The notes under the pieces: generated by a model | Database searches by the model: none | Told to the model about the DNA's origin: nothing | The model's input: the letters and a program-made list of their open reading frames with translations, nothing else | Shown here: in pieces, positions 1 to 7,604 of the stretch | Position numbering within the stretch: the first letter of the stretch is position 1 | Layout: each line of letters begins with the position of its first letter | Assembly: GCA_040752415.1 (NCBI GenBank) | Contig: JBFMGU010000014.1 | Span: forward strand, 1-64,000 | Direction: 5' to 3' | Length of the DNA: 64,000 nucleotides | From: Myxococcota bacterium | GTDB lineage: Bacteria > Myxococcota > JACRCW01 | Made by a program: the position numbers and the translations under genes

Positions 1-72
1 GCAACGGGGGAAAGGGGGAGGTCTGCGCTCAAACCGTCTTCAGAGCGTCTGAAGGCCTCGAGAAGGCGGTTC

Positions 73-666
73 TTGCGCCCTCATGCCCGCTGCTACGGTC
101 GGCTAACCAAGTCGCCCGAAATCCAGGTTGAAACGGGAAAGGAATTGCTCTTCCTCGTTGACGAGTTTGAGAATGTTGAGCGCATTACCAACAAGACGGC
201 GTTCGCGCGCTGGAATGAATCCCTGCGGTCGCTCTTGGACGTGAACCACATCGGTCTGGTCATCACGGTCGGCTCCGAGCGCTTTCAAGATGTTCCGCGG
301 CTCATTATCCAGTCGGACATTGTCCGCCGGATTCAGCGAGACAACTACGTCCAAATGGATGCCTTCAAGCTGCCGGACGCACAGAGCTTTGTGAGCGGAA
401 TCCTTCAGCAGTGGATCGACCCTGCCAAGCGGGCCGCATTGGAGAGCAGTGCCAATCTCCCGTCGCTCGCCGCTGATTATGACCCTGCGTACTTCCCATT
501 CACCAAGGGTGGATTTGAGAAATACTGCGAATTTGCCGTGGTGGATCCTCGCACCGCAAAGCCTAGCGAGATCATCTCTCGCTTGGACAAGATTGCAGCG
601 GAGGCCTACTTCAAAGACCGGCATCTCATCACCAAGGAACACCTCACTGACGTGGGTATTGCATAG
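73..666 (+). CDS. P-loop ATPase, C-terminal part (5' end missing or disrupted)
   Basis: Walker B-like LLFLVDEFEN followed by an AAA-lid-like region (YFPFT...P.EII..L); no Walker A in the window; stop codon sits next to the RBS of the next gene. Confidence 0.6.
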   Translation: MRPHARCYGRLTKSPEIQVETGKELLFLVDEFENVERITNKTAFARWNESLRSLLDVNHIGLVITVGSERFQDVPRLIIQSDIVRRIQRDNYVQMDAFKLPDAQSFVSGILQQWIDPAKRAALESSANLPSLAADYDPAYFPFTKGGFEKYCEFAVVDPRTAKPSEIISRLDKIAAEAYFKDRHLITKEHLTDVGIA

Positions 667-679
667 GAAGGAGGCAGCC

Positions 680-2077
680 ATGGCACGCCAGTACATTGTT
701 GACCCTCAAATCAATGGGGACGTGACGGTCGGCACCGAAGGCGACGAGATGAAAATCTATCTTGGCCAAATTGCCGAAACCGGTCCTCAGCGAAAACTCT
801 CCTTCGGAGGCTCACAAGAGTTCGTGACGTTGATTCTCGGCAAGCGCGGCAGCGGAAAGAGTCACACGTTGGGGGCGCTAGTCGAGGCGTTTGCAACAAA
901 GTCAGACCATACCTCAATCTCTGACTTCAAGAGGCGTCGAGCTGTCTTGTTGTTGGATCCAATGGGGAACTTCTGGACCACGGCTCATGTAGTGAGTTCA
1001 ACGGGTCCTGAGAAGGTGAAGAAGCAATTCGCTAGTCTGGATGGCTGGGGCTGCAAACCGGAAGACGTAGATGTAACGGTCTGGTTACCTGCTGGATTTC
1101 GGACGCCGAACGATCCGAGCACCGTTCAAGAGTTCCGGGTGAGGGCGTGCGACTTGGACGAAGCAGACCTGGCTGATCTTCTTGGTATCAACCTGTTGAA
1201 GGACGCCCAGGGCGCTGCTCTTGCTGAAGCTCACTCGGCAGTAACAGAGGACGGCTGGAGCGGCCCCAACGGTCGGGTACCCCCTCGTGACGACTACTCT
1301 CTTGGCGAGCTGGCCCAGTACCTTGAGCACCTGAGGGATCAGGGAGGCGGTGATCATGCGCTTCCAACGTTAAGGGCTCTCATCAGGAGCCTCCGCGCCT
1401 TGGAACGCAAGCCGGTATTCAATGGGCAGGGAACACCATTGACGGACATGCTGGCCCCGGGACGCCTTAGCGTCCTGATGCTTCCTCTCAGAGTGGGGCC
1501 GGACTTGCGTCGCGTCATAACGCGGATTTTGATTCGCCGAATTCTGCGAGAACGTGAAGAGGCATCGCAAATAAGACAGCGACTCGACATCGAGGTTCTT
1601 ACCGCTGATGCGCGGGACCGTCTGGAGGCGGAACTCCAGCACCGCATTCCCCGCTCGGTCCTTGCCATTGACGAAGCTCAGGAACTCCTCGGCGAGGGCG
1701 GCGGAGAGGCGAAGGAAGCCCTGGAGGACTTTTGTCTTCTTGGCCGGAACTATGGGTTGTCACTGGTGATGGCCACCCAGCGGCCCACCGCCAGCGCAGT
1801 GAGCTCCAAAGTCCGCAGTCAGGTCGACCTGTACTTCATACATAGGCTTCTGACGCAAGACGACATTGACATCAGCGAGAACAACCTCCTGGCTGTTCTC
1901 CCCTCAGAGATCCTTGAAGGGAATCGTACGCTGGACTTCTCGCAGCTCGTCAGGTCACTCGAACGCGGACAGGTCATCGTATCCGCTTCGCATGCCACCG
2001 CTTCGGAGAAAGTGAACCGCATTGTCCTCGCGCGAATTCGCCCAAGAATCACCGTCCACGGTGGGGAGGTCGAATGA
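680..2077 (+). CDS. HerA/FtsK-superfamily ATPase (DUF87-like)
   Basis: AAGGAGG RBS before ATG 680; Walker A GKRGSGKS, LLDPMGNF, Walker B AIDEAQE, GRNYGLSLVMATQRP motif typical of HerA. Confidence 0.85.
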   Translation: MARQYIVDPQINGDVTVGTEGDEMKIYLGQIAETGPQRKLSFGGSQEFVTLILGKRGSGKSHTLGALVEAFATKSDHTSISDFKRRRAVLLLDPMGNFWTTAHVVSSTGPEKVKKQFASLDGWGCKPEDVDVTVWLPAGFRTPNDPSTVQEFRVRACDLDEADLADLLGINLLKDAQGAALAEAHSAVTEDGWSGPNGRVPPRDDYSLGELAQYLEHLRDQGGGDHALPTLRALIRSLRALERKPVFNGQGTPLTDMLAPGRLSVLMLPLRVGPDLRRVITRILIRRILREREEASQIRQRLDIEVLTADARDRLEAELQHRIPRSVLAIDEAQELLGEGGGEAKEALEDFCLLGRNYGLSLVMATQRPTASAVSSKVRSQVDLYFIHRLLTQDDIDISENNLLAVLPSEILEGNRTLDFSQLVRSLERGQVIVSASHATASEKVNRIVLARIRPRITVHGGEVE

Positions 2078-3426
2078 CCGCAACCGGTTACCCGATCCTG
2101 CGAAGCCTGGATCCCTATCACGCGCGGATTGGGTATCTCGGGGCCCTGGCATCGGTGGCAACACGTGGCCTCGATAGAACCGATGCACTCACGGTGAGGT
2201 TTTGTGATGTCCTATATGAACGGATTGGGCGTAATGACGATCGGTATGCGGTGCTGATGGAGCGCATTCCGACGTCGCGGCGCGATGAGTTTGGGCAGAG
2301 GCTCGTAAGACCAGAGGCGGATGACCCAAGTGGGGCGCCGCTCAGCCAAATGGCTGAAGCACCACCGGCGGACTGGCCACTGGTGGCTCCGCCCAAGCGC
2401 TCGCAACCCAGGCTGGTAAGGACGGACTGGCACTATGTCAGTGAGTTCTGGCTGTACGACAGAGTAATGCCCGCATCACTGGGCCACCTGCCGCGGGACA
2501 AGGCCAATAGGACCATTGAACTTGCGCGCTGGACCAATGTCATTCTTCCCACGCTGGAGCTGTCTGAAACGGGATACCTGATTCAACATCTCCTTCAGAT
2601 CGCGCAAAAGAGCACAGGGCAGCCAGCCTTCAACCTCCTGAATCCTACGGCACATCCATGCCTTCCGATGCTCTACTTCCACGTCATCCTCGAGCACGAA
2701 ATGCTGCTGCCGTTTCTCCTGCTTGAGTTGGCTGAGTGGGACGGCCGTCAACCAACCACCCGCGGTTCGGATGGCGTCTTGATTCGAACGGTGCGAAGAA
2801 TGTTGGACGCGATTGGGGACACCAAGGATCCTGAGAATGCGCTCGCGGTAAGAAGCATCGATGAGTTCCACAAGTCCATAGCGAGGAAGGACAGCACCCA
2901 GGAGAACTACCTACGTCCACGCCTAGAGAATCTTGTGGATCTTGGCCTCATGCACCGGTTGGACGATCGCCAGAAGTTCATGTGGTCAATCACGGATGCG
3001 ACGGTGCGGGCGGCCAAGCTTCTTTCTCCACTCGCCGCGCGCCACAATCGCACCACGCAGTTTCTCGATGAGAGGCTCTTTGGCGTTTGGGCCAACATCT
3101 TCGACGAAGACAAGCAGCGGGTAGGGGCATTGGTGGACCGTCTGCGGTGGTTCGCTCTCGCGTTCAAGGCTATTGGCCGGGAGTTCGGGTTTACACCGGG
3201 GCGCACATTGGCGCTGAAAGCCTGCGTTCTCGCATGGGAGGCAGGTTACCTGCTCGAAGTCAAGGACGTGTTTGATGCAGTTTACGAGGCAGCCAAGGGG
3301 CCGTGGTCCCAGTATTTGCGCTTCTCGGGTGGCAGTCGCTTTGATGCCGAGTTCTTAATTCGGGTTGACGACGCGATGCTCCCTGCCTTGCTGGTCAATA
3401 ATCCGCTGGCGGGCTCGACACCATGA
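2074..3426 (+). CDS. Hypothetical protein (possible winged-helix segments) coupled to the HerA-like ATPase
   Basis: 450-aa ORF with ATGA overlap; YLRPRLENLVDLGLM resembles a wHTH recognition helix. Confidence 0.7.
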   Translation: MTATGYPILRSLDPYHARIGYLGALASVATRGLDRTDALTVRFCDVLYERIGRNDDRYAVLMERIPTSRRDEFGQRLVRPEADDPSGAPLSQMAEAPPADWPLVAPPKRSQPRLVRTDWHYVSEFWLYDRVMPASLGHLPRDKANRTIELARWTNVILPTLELSETGYLIQHLLQIAQKSTGQPAFNLLNPTAHPCLPMLYFHVILEHEMLLPFLLLELAEWDGRQPTTRGSDGVLIRTVRRMLDAIGDTKDPENALAVRSIDEFHKSIARKDSTQENYLRPRLENLVDLGLMHRLDDRQKFMWSITDATVRAAKLLSPLAARHNRTTQFLDERLFGVWANIFDEDKQRVGALVDRLRWFALAFKAIGREFGFTPGRTLALKACVLAWEAGYLLEVKDVFDAVYEAAKGPWSQYLRFSGGSRFDAEFLIRVDDAMLPALLVNNPLAGSTP

Positions 3427-3428
3427 TG

Positions 3429-4364
3429 TCACTCGGCCTCGGGCAGGCCACCATTGGCCAATGCGCGAAGCCTGTCCACGGTGTTGCGGTCCACAACAAC
3501 GGGCGTCTCGTGCTGGAACTGGATCACGAGCCTTCCGTCGGACTCCTGAATTCTGACGCCCTCTCCGTGATGGATGCGGCGGTGGCAATTGGGACACAAC
3601 AAGAGAACGTTATCCGAGCACCTGCCGTCAGATGAACCGACCGAGATGTACTCGACATGATGCGCCTCTATATAGTGCGAACCTCCCGCCTTCTCAAAAC
3701 CGCGCCATCCACATATCTGGCATGTGGCACCGAGGATGGACTTCAATGCTGAGGTGATGGCGGAACCACGATCCAAATACTCGCGAGTGACACGGCGCCG
3801 CTCCGAGGATGAAGCTGCCCGCGAGTACTTTGCATTGAGGCTCTCAACAGCATCTAGCGGGTTGCCATTCTCTGCCACTGCCTCCAAGCCCACGCTGGCG
3901 AGGAGAGCTGCAGTCCTCTCGCCCATGCCCGTGCGCACAATGGCGTCAAAGGCGGCTCTCGAGATCGCACGAACCGAGCTCTGAAATGGCGGCATTCCCG
4001 AAGGCTTGCGTTTTGACTTCGTCCGCTTCGGTATGTCCGCACGATCAATCGACTCGTAATAGGAACCGTCTGGCGTGTTCAGCGGTACAGGAGTGTGAAA
4101 CTCTTCCCCGCCCACAACTGATGCAAAGTGGTGATCAGCTTGGTCTGGGTCGCGCCAAACGCGCTCGATGATCCCATGGCCGAAGTAGTAACGAGATGAG
4201 GCGCCGGCCACGGCGTGCTGTTCGCTCCTGTAATAGACAAATCGACGAGGCGGCTGCAGGAGGCTGAGGTAGCGCTTGGGAAAATGGTAGCGCTCGAATG
4301 GGACATCCTTGTAAGTGGTGTCCTCGGCGTCACGTTGCACGATGACGACGTAGTGAGGCCCCAC
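3429..4364 (-). CDS. HNH endonuclease with N-terminal PUA/EVE-like putative reader domain
   Basis: C-terminal CQICG...IEAHHV...NVLLLCPNCHRRIH; aromatic-rich N-terminal domain (YHFPKRY, FVYYR, YYFGHG). Confidence 0.8.
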   Translation of the reverse strand: MGPHYVVIVQRDAEDTTYKDVPFERYHFPKRYLSLLQPPRRFVYYRSEQHAVAGASSRYYFGHGIIERVWRDPDQADHHFASVVGGEEFHTPVPLNTPDGSYYESIDRADIPKRTKSKRKPSGMPPFQSSVRAISRAAFDAIVRTGMGERTAALLASVGLEAVAENGNPLDAVESLNAKYSRAASSSERRRVTREYLDRGSAITSALKSILGATCQICGWRGFEKAGGSHYIEAHHVEYISVGSSDGRCSDNVLLLCPNCHRRIHHGEGVRIQESDGRLVIQFQHETPVVVDRNTVDRLRALANGGLPEAE

Positions 4365-4377
4365 TCATCCTCCCGTT

Positions 4378-6798
4378 TCACTGAACAGAGATGGTCGCGG
4401 ATGGGGATTTCAACTGAGCTTGCTCAGCCGCGAGCTGCGTGTCGGTAGATTCAGCGAGCAATTGCGCGAGCCGCGCTCCGATCTGAAACGCTATGAAGGG
4501 CGGCACGGCATTGCCAACGGCGCGGAATGCGTCCACCAGCCCAACAGCGGACAGCGCGTACCAATCCGGGAACGTTTGAACTCGTGCGGCTTCCCGCACG
4601 GACAAAGTGCGCGCCTGGAAAGGATGGACATACGCATAGGTGTCGCGACCCATGTGGCTGACAATCGTGCGGCAGGGCTTGTCGGCGGCGAGGCGGACTA
4701 GCCAATCTCCATGATTGCCCTCCTTCTTCGCGAGATAGGCGTCGGCAAGAAGGTGATGCTCGGTCTCGCCAGGGCGGGGCTCGATGCCTTCAAGCAGCAA
4801 ACGGATTCCCAGCGAGCCGTCGGCGGCTTCCGCCAGCGATCGGATCTCGCTCGCCTTAAGACCCAAGAGCTTGCGAAGGCTGCGTTGGCCTTCGGACGCT
4901 CCTCGCAACTGGAGGTGCCTGATCGAGCCTGCGAGAAGACGGAGGACCTCCGCGATGCGCTTGGCGGTCGGGCTCTCATCGCTTCTATAATCCATCCACC
5001 GTGTCCCTGGTCCCATTTTGGCGAACAGCGCGGCATCGTCGGGCCGAGGGGTCCGAATCCAGTGAGCGTCAGTATACCCAGCCTTGCATCCCCCCAGACC
5101 TGGCGGCGGCGGTTCAGCGAGCCAGCGACGGTAATGATCGGCAGAGGAGATGAATGTGTTCGGTGCAGTTGCCGCTGGCACTAGGCGCCGCTCAGAGGAT
5201 GCGGTTGAGCCATCGTCTGGCAATTGCTCAAGCCCCTGAAGGGCGCTGAGCAATGGCACGGGCAACAATTCAGGCAGTTGCAAAGCGAACGACGGGTGAC
5301 CCCGGAGCGCGTCCGCTTTGCCTTGCACACCTACAAGAAAGAAGCGTTCCCGGGTTTGTGGGACGCCATGATTGGCGCATTGCAGGTTTGCACCTGCAAG
5401 GACGTATCCTCCTCCGTGATCGAACCCGTTGAGTTCCTCAAAAAGAGCCTCAGCGCCTGAAAAGGTGCCACGCTCGGCGACAACTGCAGCTTCAAAGTGA
5501 CGTACGTTCTCGAAGAGGATTGCCTGGGGCAGCAGCGCCTTGACGAATAACACGTATTGACCAAGCAGTTTGTTCCGGACATCCCCAGCGCGAGCATCAT
5601 GGTGAGCGTGGACAGCGTACTTCTTCAGACTGCCAATCTTTCCGCGTCCAATTCGGCTGAAACCCTGGCAGGGTGGCCCTCCCACCAAGACTCCAACGCG
5701 CAGCTCGCCCGAGTACACCTCATCGATCCTCGCTCGCGTGTAAGGGTTCTCGAACATGGCCTGACGGATGCCGTCACGCCTTGACGCCCAGTGCAGCCAG
5801 ATCTCCATCACCTGTTCGAATTGCGGTGAGCCAGCAAAATCCACGAACTTGCCAATCCGTCCTGCAGAGGAGCCAAGCTGTCCAGGCCCTTCCTCGCCTC
5901 CTCCGCGCATCGTTATCGCTTGAAGAGCGTTGTTCCACTCGCGCCGCAACCGACGACGAGCTGCGGCGACTCGGTCGGCGACCTCTGGCATCCGCCAAAC
6001 CGCGTCATCATTCTCTCCGCTGTTCCCTTCCAGGGCATCCGCCCACAACCACCTAGTAATGGTCCTTGTCCGATGAATCGGCAGCCCCATGCTTCCCAGG
6101 AATGCCTGCACGGACGTCTGCGACATCGCGTCGCGGGCTGCGCTAACGGCCTCCCGATATTCGACAGAGGACGTGAGCGCGTCGAGCGCGCCACGAAACT
6201 CCTTATCAAGGTTCGCGAGGACGCCTTTGAATGCGGTTATCGACAGTGGTTGACTCTGGGACAGTGCCAAAGCTGCGATGTCGTTCCGCTCGTTCTCAGC
6301 TACATGGTCAAGATAAAAAGCCCGGATTTCGTACTCGTCCTTGAAATCCTCGATATCCGCAGCGCGGCAGGGTCTCGTTTCATGGTTGGCGTTGAACAGG
6401 GCCTGGAACGCCTCGTCACGCTCAATCGCAAGAACCGTTTTGAAAGCGGCGCCGCCACCGACCGATTCAAGACCAACAGAAAACCCGCCAGCACCCGAGA
6501 AGATATCTACCACGCGCAAGGGTTTCTTGAAGGCAGTTTGCGGTAGGACGAAGGGGTCCTGAGGAGCCGCGCCGAGGATGCGGGACGCAACGGAGCCTCC
6601 CGGCGATGGACTGGGCTGCGGCTGGCCGTCCAGCCAGGTCCTGTACTTTGCGAGGGAATCGCTCCGAACATAGGAGCCCTGGAGGTGGCGTTTGAGGCTG
6701 GAAACGGTGACGCCGATCTCCTTCGCAGCGGCGGCAGGAGACAAGGCACGGCTTCGAAGGCGGTGTTGTACAGCCCGGAGCACTGCGTGTAGCGGCAT
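4378..6798 (-). CDS. DNA (cytosine-5)-methyltransferase with N-terminal HTH and large insertions
   Basis: Motif I DIFSGAGG, IV GGPPCQGFS, VI FENV, VIII PQTRERFF, IX RTLSVREAARVQTFPD, X GNAVPP; N-terminal AAAKEIGVTVSSLKRHL HTH. Confidence 0.92.
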   Translation of the reverse strand: MPLHAVLRAVQHRLRSRALSPAAAAKEIGVTVSSLKRHLQGSYVRSDSLAKYRTWLDGQPQPSPSPGGSVASRILGAAPQDPFVLPQTAFKKPLRVVDIFSGAGGFSVGLESVGGGAAFKTVLAIERDEAFQALFNANHETRPCRAADIEDFKDEYEIRAFYLDHVAENERNDIAALALSQSQPLSITAFKGVLANLDKEFRGALDALTSSVEYREAVSAARDAMSQTSVQAFLGSMGLPIHRTRTITRWLWADALEGNSGENDDAVWRMPEVADRVAAARRRLRREWNNALQAITMRGGGEEGPGQLGSSAGRIGKFVDFAGSPQFEQVMEIWLHWASRRDGIRQAMFENPYTRARIDEVYSGELRVGVLVGGPPCQGFSRIGRGKIGSLKKYAVHAHHDARAGDVRNKLLGQYVLFVKALLPQAILFENVRHFEAAVVAERGTFSGAEALFEELNGFDHGGGYVLAGANLQCANHGVPQTRERFFLVGVQGKADALRGHPSFALQLPELLPVPLLSALQGLEQLPDDGSTASSERRLVPAATAPNTFISSADHYRRWLAEPPPPGLGGCKAGYTDAHWIRTPRPDDAALFAKMGPGTRWMDYRSDESPTAKRIAEVLRLLAGSIRHLQLRGASEGQRSLRKLLGLKASEIRSLAEAADGSLGIRLLLEGIEPRPGETEHHLLADAYLAKKEGNHGDWLVRLAADKPCRTIVSHMGRDTYAYVHPFQARTLSVREAARVQTFPDWYALSAVGLVDAFRAVGNAVPPFIAFQIGARLAQLLAESTDTQLAAEQAQLKSPSATISVQ

Positions 6799-6814
6799 CT
6801 TGCCATCCGGCGCG

Positions 6815-6844
6815 TGGACACGCGTGGGGGCTGCCGCATATCAT
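6815..6844 (+). promoter_or_regulatory. Putative sigma-70 promoter for vsr in the divergent MTase/vsr gap
   Basis: TGGACA-N18-TATCAT; CGCGTGG direct repeat at 6811 and 6821 overlaps the -35. Confidence 0.35.
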
Positions 6845-6877
6845 GGCGGTGCGCCTTCTACAAGGGCTGAGGTCACG

Positions 6878-7444
6878 TTGGCGAGCCGCTCGTCCTTGAT
6901 GGCCCGGATTCGCGGCCGGGACACCGGTCCGGAGGAGTTGCTGAGGTCGGCACTGTGGCGAGCCGGCCTTCGGTTTCGCGTTCAAGCCAGGATGCAGGGC
7001 GTAAGAGTGGACATCCTGTTCCCGCGTCGGCGACTTGCGATCTTTGTCGATGGCTGCTTCTGGCATGGATGTCCCGCGCACTACGTCTGTCCTCGCTCAC
7101 GCCAGGCGTTCTGGGCGCTGAAGCTTCGCACCAACGTGGAGCGGGATAGACGCCAAACCTTGGCTCTCGAGGCAGAAGGGTGGACGGTCTTCCGCGTCTG
7201 GGAGCACGAAGTCTTTGAGCGCTTGGACTCCCTTGTCGAAGAGGTCGTTGCTTTGCTGGTTGCTGATGCGCGAGCGCGGCGCCCTGACTGGCGGGTTGTC
7301 GCGGTTACATGTGATGCGAGCGGGCTCGAGACACGCGCGCTGGAGTCCTTGCGCGATCCACTTCGATGCACAGAGGAAACAAGACCCCGCACTACCGCCA
7401 AATGGAAGGCTGCGTTTGGTCAGCAGAAGCAACGACGACGGTGA
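6878..7444 (+). CDS. vsr: Very short patch repair endonuclease with C-terminal extension
   Basis: RSSLMARIRGRDTGPE, DILFPRRRLAIFVDGCFWHGCP, WALKLRTNVERD, GWTVFRVWEHE; start (TTG 6878 or ATG 6899) uncertain. Confidence 0.92.
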   Translation: MASRSSLMARIRGRDTGPEELLRSALWRAGLRFRVQARMQGVRVDILFPRRRLAIFVDGCFWHGCPAHYVCPRSRQAFWALKLRTNVERDRRQTLALEAEGWTVFRVWEHEVFERLDSLVEEVVALLVADARARRPDWRVVAVTCDASGLETRALESLRDPLRCTEETRPRTTAKWKAAFGQQKQRRR

Positions 7445-7604
7445 CGAGCGTCCCAGGGTCGAGCGCCGGCAAATGCTCGCGGATGGCTGGCACAAGACTC
7501 AGCACGCCCGGCATCTCCCGCGCGCATCGTCCCGGCTGAAGCCCAGCGGTTTTCCGCGGTATCCCCGGCACGGGACAACCCCGGCCTCCGCGATCTAAAG
7601 GAGG

